NCBI GenBank assembly: GCA_963663385.2
Contig: CAXXXD010000002.1
Coordinates: 448,001-512,000 of the forward strand
Direction of reading: 5' to 3'
DNA length: 64,000 nt
Source: Oceanispirochaeta sp.
GTDB taxonomy: Bacteria; Spirochaetota; Spirochaetia; DSM-2461
In this document: positions 10,477 through 21,078 of the stretch, one piece after another
Layout: every line of letters begins with the position of its first letter
Position numbering within the stretch: the first letter of the stretch is position 1
Translations under genes and position numbers: made by a program
The notes under the pieces: generated by a model
Told to the model about the DNA's origin: nothing
The model's database searches: none
What the model saw: the letters and a program-made list of their open reading frames with translations, nothing else

Positions 10477-11580
10477 ATGACAGAAAAACAATTACACAGT
10501 TTAAACCACTACCTGCAGGACCTGGAACTTCCGTTTCACTACCCTGTAGTTACCGCCCTTATCCGCGAAGCCCTGGGGGGCAACGGGGATCCGGCGGATA
10601 TAATATCCAGAAGAATCTACCAGATTGCCGGTGCGGTTCTGCCCGGAGAGGATGATCCCCTGCTGTTTGAACAGCTGATTTTTGATCTGTATAAAGAGGT
10701 GAAAGCCGACTTCAACAAAGAGGAAGATGAAATTTTTTCTACCATGCGGGGCAGGCTTCTGGATCTGATTGACAAGTGGATGCAGCTTTCCGACTTTCTT
10801 AATGAAAAAGAGCAGCTGGAGCTGTCCGGAAATGAAGAGATTCAGACTGAAATGGAAGAGCTGATGAAGTTTGTTCAATCTCTCCTGGAACGTTTGAATA
10901 CCCCGGAAAAGGAAACTCCCGAAAGCGCCAAAGAGCTGAGTTTCCTTCTGGATCAGAGTGAAGAAGTATTCAGCCGTTTTATGGAACAGGTTGAAGAGAT
11001 GCTGAATCCCCAGGTTCATGAGTGTTCCGGGGATTCGGAAGGACAGACTCTTGTTGTCAGAGTGGAAATAAAGGATGCCGGGCATCCTGTCTGGAGAGAA
11101 GTTCGGGTTCCCGGGAATATTACGCTGGACCGGTTTCATATCATACTGCAGAAGTGCATGGGCTGGTGGGATCTGTATGATCACAGTTTTGAGCAGGCCG
11201 GCTCTTTCTGGGGAACTTCCGCAGGGGAGGATGACAGCATTATCTATCAGGATGAGAGCGAATGCCTGCTGCATTCTCTTTTAAGCGAAGAGGACGATAT
11301 GCTCCACTACCACTATGATCTCCCCGAAGGGTGGCATCACATTATCCGTGTTAATGAGGTTCTGGAGTGCGAATCCAACCTGTCCCCTGTTTGTCTGGAT
11401 GGAAAAGGAGCTTGTCCTCCTGAGGACTGCGGCGGCCCGGAGGGGTTTCGTATGCTACTGGATTCTCTTAAACCCGACGCACCGGAAGAGTTGAAAGAGG
11501 ACTTCTCCTGGGTGGGGGATTTTGATCCCGATGCCTTTGACAGAGATGCGGTGAATAAAGAGCTGGGCGAGCTGATTTGA
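10477..11580 (+). CDS. Plasmid pRiA4b ORF-3 family protein with an acidic N-terminal extension
   Basis: C-terminal 'PVWREVRVPGNITLDRFHIILQ..MGW...H', 'YHYDLPEGWHH', 'GKGACPPEDCGG'. Confidence 0.85.
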   Translation: MTEKQLHSLNHYLQDLELPFHYPVVTALIREALGGNGDPADIISRRIYQIAGAVLPGEDDPLLFEQLIFDLYKEVKADFNKEEDEIFSTMRGRLLDLIDKWMQLSDFLNEKEQLELSGNEEIQTEMEELMKFVQSLLERLNTPEKETPESAKELSFLLDQSEEVFSRFMEQVEEMLNPQVHECSGDSEGQTLVVRVEIKDAGHPVWREVRVPGNITLDRFHIILQKCMGWWDLYDHSFEQAGSFWGTSAGEDDSIIYQDESECLLHSLLSEEDDMLHYHYDLPEGWHHIIRVNEVLECESNLSPVCLDGKGACPPEDCGGPEGFRMLLDSLKPDAPEELKEDFSWVGDFDPDAFDRDAVNKELGELI

Positions 11581-11669
11581 ATAGAACCGATGCAAAATCT
11601 TGTTCTTGATTAAAATTATAATTTTGCATCAGATTCTATAATTACTTTCTTACCGTTATTTCAGACGGA

Positions 11670-12680
11670 TCAGTTCTTTTTCTTGGTTCTCATAACATCC
11701 ATAACAACCGCACCAATAATAATTATACCTTTGATAATCTCCTGAATATAGGCATTGATTCTCAAATAGGTAAAACCGCTCTGGACTACGCCCAGAACAA
11801 GAGAACCGATTAGGGTACCGGGAATACTTCCGATACCACCACTTAAACTGGCCCCGCCAATTACCGCGGAAGCGATAGCATCAAGTTCAAAACCTACACC
11901 CATCCCGGACTGTCCACTATTCACCCTTCCTGTCAGTACGATTCCAGCTAATCCGGAAAGCAGCCCGGCGTAGGTGTAAATCAGTATTTTATACCTATCT
12001 ATATTAACACCGGAAACTCTGGCCGCCACTTCATTTCCACCGATAGCATAGACATACTTACCATAGCGGGTCTGTGTTAGAAGGTAGTAGGCTACCCCGG
12101 CCATCAGAAGATATATAACGACTGGCATAACTCCTCCCGGTCCATTCCCAATAAAGTTGAATGAATCAGTCAGCATGCTGACAGGTTTTCCGGAAGTGTA
12201 GAGCTGGGCCATACCCCGGGCGGATACGAACATTCCCAGAGTAGCAATAAAGGGTGGTATACCGGTTTTTGCAATAAGAACACCGTTTATGAATCCACAG
12301 GCTGCTCCAACCATTAAACCGATCAGGATAGGGATAAAAGCGGGAAGTCCCAGAAGATTCTCAAAAACCGGTCTTGAAGCACCATCAGCCTGGGCAAAAC
12401 TGGCTGTGACAACAGCAACAAGAGCCACAATTGATCCTGATGATAGATCAATTCCTCCTGCAATAATTATCTGTGTCACTCCGATGGCTATGGTTCCAAT
12501 TACGGCAACCTGCAGAATCATTAGAAAGAGTCTTTGAGGGTTCATAAGGAACGATTTGCCTACGACGAACCATCCTAATACTTCAAATAGTAAGGCAATT
12601 CCTATAAGAATAAAAAGTATGCTGTATTTGCTGAAAGAAATTTTTCCTTCCATTTTTAATGACTTTGATTGAGTTTCCAT
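11670..12680 (-). CDS. Sugar (inositol/ribose-type) ABC transporter permease
   Basis: 'GGIDLSSGS', 'IPPFIATLG', 'ELDAIASAVIGGASLSGGIG'. Confidence 0.95.
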   Translation of the reverse strand: METQSKSLKMEGKISFSKYSILFILIGIALLFEVLGWFVVGKSFLMNPQRLFLMILQVAVIGTIAIGVTQIIIAGGIDLSSGSIVALVAVVTASFAQADGASRPVFENLLGLPAFIPILIGLMVGAACGFINGVLIAKTGIPPFIATLGMFVSARGMAQLYTSGKPVSMLTDSFNFIGNGPGGVMPVVIYLLMAGVAYYLLTQTRYGKYVYAIGGNEVAARVSGVNIDRYKILIYTYAGLLSGLAGIVLTGRVNSGQSGMGVGFELDAIASAVIGGASLSGGIGSIPGTLIGSLVLGVVQSGFTYLRINAYIQEIIKGIIIIGAVVMDVMRTKKKN

Positions 12681-12692
12681 ACAAGTATCTCC

Positions 12693-14189
12693 TTAAATCT
12701 TTTCACCTGAAGCAAGGGCCAGAATATTTTCCTGAGTTGATTCATTTCTGTCTAGAATCCCCATGCATTCACCTTCATGCATAACCAGAACCCTGTCGCT
12801 CATTCCCAGTACTTCAGGGAGTTCGGAAGAGATCATAATGATTGATTTACCAGTTTTAACAATCTCTCCCATTAATTTATGAATCTCTGATTTTGCACCC
12901 ACGTCAATTCCTCTGGTTGGTTCATCCAGCAGGAGTATGTCAGGATTTGTCAGGAGCCATCTGGATATGAGAGCTTTTTGCTGGTTACCTCCGCTGAGAT
13001 TCTCAATCTTCTGGTTGATACCAGGGGTTTTAATTCTAAGTTTTTCTACCTGGTCATAACAGTCTTTTCTTATATTTGACTGGTTCAGTTGAATCCCATG
13101 TAAATAAGTGTTGATATTGGCAATAGCAATATTTTCCTTTACGGACAGAGATAGGAACAGCCCGCTGTCTTTTCTGTCTTCAGTCAGAAGAGCCAATCTG
13201 TGCTCCAGGGCATCTCTGGGTGATTCTATCTTTGCTTCCAAACCTCTGATGTTTATCTTGCCATCAGTTTTCGGGTAGATTCCAAAGATTGTTTCAATTA
13301 GTTCTGTACGACCGGCTCCCATGAGGCCGGCAATACCGAGGATCTCTCCCTCTCTAAGCTCAAAACTTACATCACGGAAATTACCATCTCGTGATAGATT
13401 TTCAACTTTTAAGATCACATCTCCGATAGGAACATCTATTTTGGGAAAAACCTGGTTTAAATCTCGGCCGACCATTTTGGTGATTAAAGAGTTTTTATTT
13501 ATATCTTCGGATTTGTCAGTTGATATATATTCACCGTCTCTTAAAACAGTGATATCATCAGAAATCTTAAAAACCTCATCCATTTTATGTGTAATGTAGA
13601 TTATTGATATATTTTTTTCTTTTAAGTCATGAATAATGCGGAACAGATGTTCTACTTCTTTTTCTGTAATAGCAGATGTGGGCTCATCCATAATGATCAA
13701 TTCGGAATTGTAGGAGATTGCTTTGGCAATTTCCACCATCTGCTGACTGGCTACACTTAATTCAGCCATCTTTGTATTAGGATCTAATGAAATCCCCAGA
13801 TTTTCAAGCAGGATTGATGTATCCTGTTTCATTTTTTTATGGTCTATCCGACCCAGTCTGTTTTTCAGGGGTTCTCTACCCAACCATATATTTTCGGAAA
13901 TTGTCATTTGGGGTACGGGATTAAGTTCCTGATGAATCATGGAAATACCAAGTTCCAAAGCCTTTTGAGTTGTATCAATCCTGACGGTTTTTCCATTAAA
14001 GCGGATCTCTCCCCCATCGGGCTGATACAAACCGATAAGCATTTTCATCATAGTGGATTTTCCAGCTCCATTTTCTCCCATGAGAGCATGAACTGTACCT
14101 CTTCTGACTCGTAGATTTATTTTGTTGGCGGCCAGAACTCCTGGAAAATGCTTTATCATGTTATGCATTTCCAGTATATATTCACCCAT
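12693..14189 (-). CDS. Sugar ABC transporter ATP-binding protein (RbsA/MglA type)
   Basis: [29 protein letters not shown]; two ABC domains. Confidence 0.95.
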   Translation of the reverse strand: MGEYILEMHNMIKHFPGVLAANKINLRVRRGTVHALMGENGAGKSTMMKMLIGLYQPDGGEIRFNGKTVRIDTTQKALELGISMIHQELNPVPQMTISENIWLGREPLKNRLGRIDHKKMKQDTSILLENLGISLDPNTKMAELSVASQQMVEIAKAISYNSELIIMDEPTSAITEKEVEHLFRIIHDLKEKNISIIYITHKMDEVFKISDDITVLRDGEYISTDKSEDINKNSLITKMVGRDLNQVFPKIDVPIGDVILKVENLSRDGNFRDVSFELREGEILGIAGLMGAGRTELIETIFGIYPKTDGKINIRGLEAKIESPRDALEHRLALLTEDRKDSGLFLSLSVKENIAIANINTYLHGIQLNQSNIRKDCYDQVEKLRIKTPGINQKIENLSGGNQQKALISRWLLTNPDILLLDEPTRGIDVGAKSEIHKLMGEIVKTGKSIIMISSELPEVLGMSDRVLVMHEGECMGILDRNESTQENILALASGEKI

Positions 14190-14325
14190 TCTATATCTCT
14201 CCTGTTATTTAAATGAAGAAAGAACCCCGGTTCTTTCAAATAACTAAAACCGGGGACAGTGGTAAACAGTATATGACAGGGAATATCGAGACTGCTCAAA
14301 TATTCCCAACACATTTATACAGGTC

Positions 14326-15300
14326 TTATTCTTTCAGACCTAGTATTTTTCTATATTCCATATAGTTATCTTCAGTAACCTGCTCAAAGGGAATCCAGAC
14401 AGTCTGTTCAATGGTTTCACCTTTCAGGACACGGTAAGCAGTATCAATTGCTCCCCGGCCCTGACCTTCAGCATTCTGAAATACTGTTACAGTTAATTTA
14501 CCATCTTTCATGAAATCAAGAGCATCTGCAGTTGCATCAATACCACCGACCCATACATCTTTATTTGGATTTTTTCCGGCATTTTCAAGAGCTATGATTG
14601 CACCAATAGCCATCTCGTCATTGTTTGCAGCTACAGCATCTATTTCCAGACCAGCCAGCAGCCAGTTGCTCATAAGGTCGAGGGCCTGATCTCTCTGAAA
14701 ATTGGCTGTTTGTTCATCAATGATATTTATACCAGGGTATTTAGCAAAAACCTCTTTTGCACTGGTTGTTCTACCATGGGTTGCACTGTGTGAGAGTTCT
14801 CCCAGCATTATTACAACGTTACCTTCTCCACCTAGTTTTTCTGCCAGTATTTCTGCCTGAAGTTTACCAGAAACCAGTTCGTTTGATACAACAAGATACA
14901 CTCCCTCTGGTAACTCCTCGTTGGGAACACGGTTTACATAGATAAGGGGGATTCCTGCATTCTCACATCTTTGCGTAATAGAGTAAGTTGAGTCAGTATC
15001 AACGGCATTGACGATTATAGCATCATATCCTTGTGCAATAAAATTCTCTACTTGTGCTAACTGTTTCTGTGTGTCGTTATTTGCATCTTCAATAAAAACA
15101 TCCAGATCATCAATTTCTGCAGCATACTCGTCAATGGCATCCCTAAGATAGGTCAGCCAGTTATCTGCGAATAGTGCCATTGAGACACCCACTTCGTATT
15201 TGTCAGCTTCCCCTGCAACTTTTTCCTGCTGGCCATTTGCAAACATTGACGGTGCCATCACCAATAGTAGTGCTGTAACCAATACCAATAGCTTTTTCAT
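14326..15300 (-). CDS. Sugar (likely inositol) ABC substrate-binding protein
   Basis: Signal peptide, periplasmic-binding type I fold motifs 'AANNDEMAIGA', 'TVFQNAEGQG'. Confidence 0.92.
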   Translation of the reverse strand: MKKLLVLVTALLLVMAPSMFANGQQEKVAGEADKYEVGVSMALFADNWLTYLRDAIDEYAAEIDDLDVFIEDANNDTQKQLAQVENFIAQGYDAIIVNAVDTDSTYSITQRCENAGIPLIYVNRVPNEELPEGVYLVVSNELVSGKLQAEILAEKLGGEGNVVIMLGELSHSATHGRTTSAKEVFAKYPGINIIDEQTANFQRDQALDLMSNWLLAGLEIDAVAANNDEMAIGAIIALENAGKNPNKDVWVGGIDATADALDFMKDGKLTVTVFQNAEGQGRGAIDTAYRVLKGETIEQTVWIPFEQVTEDNYMEYRKILGLKE

Positions 15301-15327
15301 AAAAATCCTCCTAATATTTACTCCTTT

Positions 15328-16152
15328 TCAGCTGAAAAGGTAGTTGTAACTCTCAATGATCCCATCTTTCAGTTCTGAAATCTCCATTTTCTGGATGACT
15401 GATGAAAATGGCTCATAGGAAATAACTGCTTTGCATCCATTTTTTAATAGTAAGCTGATTTGTTCACGATTTCCTACAAGGTCCTTCTCATCTATCAGGA
15501 TTCTGTCTTCATCATCAATTTCTGTTTTCTTCTTTTCTGTATAAACACCAGAAACATGTACCAAACCTGTATGAGTTGGGAAGACTTCTTTTTCATCACT
15601 TAAAAAGTGGTGGAAAGTATCATGCACAATCTTATATACAGCTTCTAACGCTGTCGACTTGATTGCTTCCACTGCCTGTTTTTTGTAACGGACGCTGCAA
15701 ATGGGAAACCCAAGGGGCTCTATAAGTCCCGTAATCCCTTTTGATTTAAGGATTGGTGCATATACTTTCAGAGCGGCTTCAAGATCGTTTCTCTGCTTAT
15801 CTGTAGATCGTTTATCTTCCGGATCATTGACTGGACACATAATAATCTGTGTACATCCGACACTGAGAGCTTCGTCAATCATTTCTGAAATCTCAACCTT
15901 CTTCTCTTCAAATAGTGATGGATCATTAAAGCGCTGAAGGGCATTTATTGTTAAAATTTGTACATTCAGTTCATTGCATTTCTGCTGGATTGTATCTGCA
16001 GATTCAGCTCCCTTTATTGTAGGATCGTCCAGATCGTTCCGCAATTCAATTCCGCTACATCCAGTGTCTGCGGCAAGCTGAATGAACTCAGTTACCGGAA
16101 TCCCGGGTTTTATTATTCTGTTTAGTGATAATTTATTTTTTTTGGGAATCAT
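15328..16152 (-). CDS. TIM-barrel sugar isomerase/epimerase (IolI-like)
   Basis: 'IELRND', 'INALQRFN', 'EPLGF', 'HDTFHH', 'SYEPFS'. Confidence 0.8.
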   Translation of the reverse strand: MIPKKNKLSLNRIIKPGIPVTEFIQLAADTGCSGIELRNDLDDPTIKGAESADTIQQKCNELNVQILTINALQRFNDPSLFEEKKVEISEMIDEALSVGCTQIIMCPVNDPEDKRSTDKQRNDLEAALKVYAPILKSKGITGLIEPLGFPICSVRYKKQAVEAIKSTALEAVYKIVHDTFHHFLSDEKEVFPTHTGLVHVSGVYTEKKKTEIDDEDRILIDEKDLVGNREQISLLLKNGCKAVISYEPFSSVIQKMEISELKDGIIESYNYLFS

Positions 16153-16370
16153 TTATTTTCCTCCATAATTCAAGGATAGCATAGAAATCTAGTTTGTCAA
16201 CAATATTATGATACTAAATTAACAAATGATATTATGTATTGTTGTTGTAATACTGACTGTAAAGATCTTTTACAATAATAAAAACAATTTTATTGAACAA
16301 ATCTATTACTGCTTTTAAGAAATAGCTATTATTGGGGAGGCGGTTAAATAAGTTGGATCAGAAGACTCTC

Positions 16371-17597
16371 TTATTGGATGTTGAAATAATGGTCTACTCC
16401 ATAGGCCGCAGCACCCTTTAATGTCGGTATAGATTCACCACTGTTAAAAAGGATTCTGGTCTTTTTTATGGATAGCCTGGGAAAGGCTAACTCTTTGACC
16501 AGAGATTTAATTCCCTTTTCAAAGTATTCAGACTGGCAAGAGTAATCTCCTTCGATCAGAATAAGCTCTGGATCAAAAAACATTATAATTTGTGAGATGG
16601 ATATGGAAAACCAGTAGATTACTTCATCCACTATTTTCCTGGCCAATGGATCCTCACTCTCTGATGCCTTCAGAATTGTTTCTATATCAATATCATCTTC
16701 TGTATTGATGAGTATTGAACCCGGAAAATCCATTCTGTAATTTTGAATTTTTTCATTAAGTCTTTTAATACTCAGTTGTTGTTCAAGGCACCCTTTACTG
16801 CCACAGGCGCAAATTTCCTTGTCTTCTCTGTTTACTGTAATATGTCCGATTTCTCCGGATAAATAATGTTTACCAGGGTATAACAGGCCATCCAGAAGTA
16901 TTCCGGATGTAACTCCATGCCATCCTGCATCAATCAGAACAACAGTATCGTAACTACTCGCACACCCAAGTTTATTTTCACCATATGCTTTGTAGCGGAT
17001 CCAGTTATCCAAGTGTATCGGACAGTCCAGATTTAATGTGTTCTGAAGTGTTTCTTTTAGATTTGAATATATTCCCCAAGAGGGAAAATATGTAGAATGT
17101 ATACAGATTCCAGTATCAGGATTAACATTCCCGTGTATTGCTACCAGGCAGGCCAGAAAAGATGTCTCGTCAGGAAGCATAGCTTCATGCTTTTTAATAA
17201 ACCCTTTCATTTTAATAGCGATAGTATCAAAAGGTTCATCAACTTTAAGGGCCGTTTCTTCATTTACGACTTTTTGATATTTTAAATCTGATAATCTAAA
17301 TTGAATTCTATCATACTTGATATGAAATGCAAGGATTAAATTTTTTCTGGAATTGAAGCGGAAAATAGAAGGCCGTTTTCCTCCTTCTTCGCTTGAATCA
17401 CCTTTGCCGGCATCTTCGATGATGCCTTTGTCCAGTAATTCTTCATTTATTATCATCACAGTCGTTCTGCTGAGTTTTACTGATTTGGAAATTTCAGAAA
17501 CTGAAAGAGTTTCATTTTCCCTGTACAGCTCTATTATTAGCTTTGTGTTGCGAGATCTGATATTTTTAGGTTTTGTACCTAAGCCGTAATTACTCAT
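16371..17597 (-). CDS. ROK family transcriptional regulator
   Basis: N-terminal HTH, 'GGKRP', 'GEIGHITV....ICACGSKGCLE'; start moved to MSNYG because the longer ORF overlaps the divergent gene. Confidence 0.9.
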   Translation of the reverse strand: MSNYGLGTKPKNIRSRNTKLIIELYRENETLSVSEISKSVKLSRTTVMIINEELLDKGIIEDAGKGDSSEEGGKRPSIFRFNSRKNLILAFHIKYDRIQFRLSDLKYQKVVNEETALKVDEPFDTIAIKMKGFIKKHEAMLPDETSFLACLVAIHGNVNPDTGICIHSTYFPSWGIYSNLKETLQNTLNLDCPIHLDNWIRYKAYGENKLGCASSYDTVVLIDAGWHGVTSGILLDGLLYPGKHYLSGEIGHITVNREDKEICACGSKGCLEQQLSIKRLNEKIQNYRMDFPGSILINTEDDIDIETILKASESEDPLARKIVDEVIYWFSISISQIIMFFDPELILIEGDYSCQSEYFEKGIKSLVKELAFPRLSIKKTRILFNSGESIPTLKGAAAYGVDHYFNIQ

Positions 17598-17706
17598 AAT
17601 AACTTTATCATATGTCCAATATCCGATTAGAGTCAATATAAAAGTAAAACAATGTAACAATACAATGTATCGTAATTTAGTAGCATAATAAAGTAACATA
17701 ATAAAG

Positions 17707-17735
17707 TTGACAAACCTATTATGAGGGTTTAAAAT
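17707..17735 (+). promoter_or_regulatory. Sigma70 promoter TTGACA-17-TAAAAT
   Basis: Near-consensus boxes upstream of the UroD-family gene. Confidence 0.65.
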
Positions 17736-17802
17736 GCTAATATCCAGAAAATGGAAACCGCGGAGCAGGCAGCTCCATCTCATTGAAAAAAAAGGATTAA
17801 GT

Positions 17803-19074
17803 ATGACTTCCCGAGAAAGAGTAATAAAAGCAATCAATCATCAACAGCCGGATAAGGTCCCAGTTGATTTCGGAGCTACTCCCGTTAGTGGAATTTCAGC
17901 TTCTGCCATGGCCCGTCTGCGTAATGCCCTTGGATTGGAAAATGTGCCAATTAAAGTCCATGAACCATTTCAGATCTTGGGGCAGGTAGAAAAGGATCTC
18001 CTTGATGCCATAAAAGGAGATGTTATCGGTTTATGGTCCAACAATACCTGTTGGGGGTATAAAAATGAAAACTGGAAAAAATGGACACTTCCTGACGGTA
18101 CGGATGTTATGGTTGGGGATGGCTTTACCATAAAGACCGATGAGAACGGTGATTATGTAATTTACCCCCAGGGAGATGAAACAGTTCCGCCAAGCGGCAA
18201 ACTGCCAAAAGACGGCTTCTATTTTGACAATATATCCCGACAGGAAGCATATAATGAAGAAAATTTGAACGGCAGGGAAGATTTCAAGCATCAGTGGAGC
18301 ATCTTTACCGACGAAGAACTGGTGGATTTAGAAAAGCGTTCTTCGGATTATTTTACCAATACAGAATATGGCATAATTGGGGTTTTTGATGAAATGGGCC
18401 TTGGGGATGCCGCCAGGTGGCCTGGCCCCGGCCTGAAACAAACCCCGGGAATCCGAAATATCGATGAGTGGCTGATGGCTCATCTTATTCACGCCGACTA
18501 CGTAAACGATGTTTATGATCTTCAGGTTGAAAAAGCCATTGAGAATCTAGCCCTATATAAAGAAGCTGTAGGTGATAAAATCCAGGCAATTATGGTAAGT
18601 GGAACGGATTTTGGAACTCAGCGCTGTGAGTTTATATCTCCGGATATGTTCAGGGAATTCTACAAACCGCGATATAAAAAAGTGAATGACTGGATTCATG
18701 AAAATACAAACTGGAAAACCTTCTATCACAGCTGTGGCTCCATTGTGAATGTATTAGATGACTTTGTAGAAATGGGTGTGGATATTCTAAATCCTGTTCA
18801 GTGTTCTGCTGTTGGTATGGATCCCCATTTCTTAAAAGATACATACGGTGACAAACTGGTTTTCTGGGGAGGAGGAATTGATACACAAAAAACTCTTCCC
18901 TTTGGTAAACCCGATGAAGTCCGGGAAGAAACAATTGAACGTCTCAGTATTTTCTCAAAGGGAGGCGGTTATGTCTTTAATCCCATTCATAATATCCAAG
19001 CGCCTACCCCTGTTGAAAATATTATATCCATGTTTGATTCGGTCAAACAATTTAACAAACAGAATTCAATATGA
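17803..19074 (+). CDS. Uroporphyrinogen decarboxylase / MtaA-CmuA methyltransferase family protein
   Basis: 'MTSRERVIKAINHQQPDKVPVDFG', 'FYHSCG', 'LNPVQ', 'FWGGGIDTQ', 'HNIQ'; AAGGA RBS before ATG 17803. Confidence 0.88.
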   Translation: MTSRERVIKAINHQQPDKVPVDFGATPVSGISASAMARLRNALGLENVPIKVHEPFQILGQVEKDLLDAIKGDVIGLWSNNTCWGYKNENWKKWTLPDGTDVMVGDGFTIKTDENGDYVIYPQGDETVPPSGKLPKDGFYFDNISRQEAYNEENLNGREDFKHQWSIFTDEELVDLEKRSSDYFTNTEYGIIGVFDEMGLGDAARWPGPGLKQTPGIRNIDEWLMAHLIHADYVNDVYDLQVEKAIENLALYKEAVGDKIQAIMVSGTDFGTQRCEFISPDMFREFYKPRYKKVNDWIHENTNWKTFYHSCGSIVNVLDDFVEMGVDILNPVQCSAVGMDPHFLKDTYGDKLVFWGGGIDTQKTLPFGKPDEVREETIERLSIFSKGGGYVFNPIHNIQAPTPVENIISMFDSVKQFNKQNSI

Positions 19075-19086
19075 AGGAGAATTAAT

Positions 19087-20100
19087 ATGTCTGATACTGT
19101 CACAATTGGTATAATTGGAGCAGGGCGAATTGCCCATGTTCACGCCAGAAGTCTGTTTTTTCATATTCCCGAAACGGAAGTGAAAATGATTGCCGACCCT
19201 TTTCTGACGCCGGAGGCTGAAGAGTGGGCTACCAAACTGGGAATAAAGGAGTGTAGCAGAAACTATAAGGATATTCTGAATGATCCGGAAATTGATGCCG
19301 TTCTGATCTGTTCCTCCACGGATACCCACGCCAGTATTACTAAGGAAGCTGCTAAAGCCGGCAAGCATATTTTTTGTGAAAAACCGATTGATCTGGATGA
19401 AAAGGAAATTGTACAAACACTGGATATTGTGAAATCTGCAGGCGTTCAGCTGCAGGTCGGATTTAACAGACGATTCGATCATAATTTTAAAGCACTGAAA
19501 GAAGCAGTTGTCAGTAAAAAAATCGGTGATCTGCATATGGTAAAAGTAACATCCAGAGATCCCGGTCCTCCTCCTATTGAGTATGTTAAAGTTTCGGGAG
19601 GGTTGTTTATGGATATGACAATCCATGATTTTGATATGATCCGTTATCTTTCGGGCAGCGAAGTTAAGTATGTATTTGCTACTGCTTCTGTCATGGTGGA
19701 TGATGAAATCGGTAAAGCCGGTGATGTTGATACAGCGGTTATAACTATGGAAATGGAAAATGGTTCTATTTGTGTCATTGATAATTCCCGCAAAGCTGCT
19801 TACGGCTATGACCAGAGAGCAGAAGTTTTCGGTTCGAAGGGAGCTGTGTCAACAGGAAATGATAAACCTAATACATCTGTATTCAGTTCGGCAGAGGGAA
19901 TTACATCGGAAAAGCCGTTTCATTTTTTCCTTGAAAGATATGAGCAGGCTTTTGCAGATGAAATGAAATCTTTTATTGCCTCTCTTTCCAAGGGAGAGCC
20001 TGTTTCTGTAAGTGGTATGGACGGTCTTAAACCCGTACTGATAGCTAAGGCGGCCCTTAAATCTCTTGAGACCGGAAGAAAAGAGCCTGTTGTTCTCTAA
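19087..20100 (+). CDS. iolG: Inositol 2-dehydrogenase
   Basis: GAGRIA Rossmann motif, 'CEKPID', 'GFNRRFD', 'SRDP', 'DMTIHDFD', 'YGYDQRAEVFG'. Confidence 0.93.
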   Translation: MSDTVTIGIIGAGRIAHVHARSLFFHIPETEVKMIADPFLTPEAEEWATKLGIKECSRNYKDILNDPEIDAVLICSSTDTHASITKEAAKAGKHIFCEKPIDLDEKEIVQTLDIVKSAGVQLQVGFNRRFDHNFKALKEAVVSKKIGDLHMVKVTSRDPGPPPIEYVKVSGGLFMDMTIHDFDMIRYLSGSEVKYVFATASVMVDDEIGKAGDVDTAVITMEMENGSICVIDNSRKAAYGYDQRAEVFGSKGAVSTGNDKPNTSVFSSAEGITSEKPFHFFLERYEQAFADEMKSFIASLSKGEPVSVSGMDGLKPVLIAKAALKSLETGRKEPVVL

Positions 20101-20305
20101 TCCATAAGAGAGAAACGTTGCATAATAACTACTGATTAAGGGCCGGCAGTAAGATTAAATTAGTAATATCCGTATAACGGATTTACATAAATTCCCCGGG
20201 ATACAGTATGGAAATGAATTATCTCCTCCTGCTAGCAGGCTTTTTTATGCTGTATCCATTTTTTGTAGAGTATTCTATCGATTTTAATAGATATCAGATA
20301 ATTGG

Positions 20306-20902
20306 CTAATTAAACAATATATTCCTGATTCCTGTAAAAACCATCTGGGCGGACAGGGCAGACAGGATCAGCCCTGTGAGTCTGCTCAGTATGGTGATCC
20401 CTTTTTTCTTCAAAACCTTTTCCAGCCAGGGAGAGATCAGAAGAATCAGTCCTACCAGTAACACGGCGACTGTTACTGCAATAAACCCAGTAAAAAAGTC
20501 TCCTGTTGTTTTATAGGAGGACCCCATAACCATAAGAGTTCCTGTGGTAGCGGGGCCAACAATAATGGGTATGGAGAGGGGAACAACGGAAATATCATTA
20601 TTATCTATCGCTTTGGATTGGGCATCCTTTCCCTGGACCAGGTCTACGGCGCTTAAAAAGAGAATCGCCCCGGCACCGATCTTGAAGGCATCTACGGTAA
20701 TGCTGAAAAGGGAGAAGATTGTGCTGCCGCCGAATATCATTATCAGACAGATCACTTCTACAGAGACAGTTGTTTTAAGAACAAGAATCATTTTCTCTCT
20801 TCTTTCCAGATGGGCTGTCATGGTCAGAAACATAGACAGGACAAAGAAGGGGGTGAAAATAAAAAACAGCTGTATAATCATGGCGAATAAACTGGTTTGC
20901 AT
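20306..20902 (-). CDS. MarC family integral membrane protein
   Basis: 'ISVVPLSIPIIVGPAT', 'RLTGLIL'; about 6 TM segments. Confidence 0.9.
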   Translation of the reverse strand: MQTSLFAMIIQLFFIFTPFFVLSMFLTMTAHLERREKMILVLKTTVSVEVICLIMIFGGSTIFSLFSITVDAFKIGAGAILFLSAVDLVQGKDAQSKAIDNNDISVVPLSIPIIVGPATTGTLMVMGSSYKTTGDFFTGFIAVTVAVLLVGLILLISPWLEKVLKKKGITILSRLTGLILSALSAQMVFTGIRNILFN

Positions 20903-21078
20903 GGGGGATCTCCAAACTTGGTCTCAGCATCATTTCTAACGTATTTCAAAGGAGATATCAATATGAAAAACTATTGAAGACCCCAATGCGGGAACCTTTC
21001 ATATCCTATCGGGGAAATATCTGTTCTGCCGGACTATCTACCTTGCATGCACCCGATTCATTACCTAATCTTAATACC

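Noticed and set aside
14224..14307. Two hairpins between the binding-protein and ATPase genes
   Set aside because: Ordinary intercistronic stem-loops typical of sugar ABC operons; no sign of a distinct RNA
17598..17837. N-terminal extensions of the ROK and UroD ORFs in the track
   Set aside because: They overlap each other and the promoter region; downstream starts fit family lengths and RBS better
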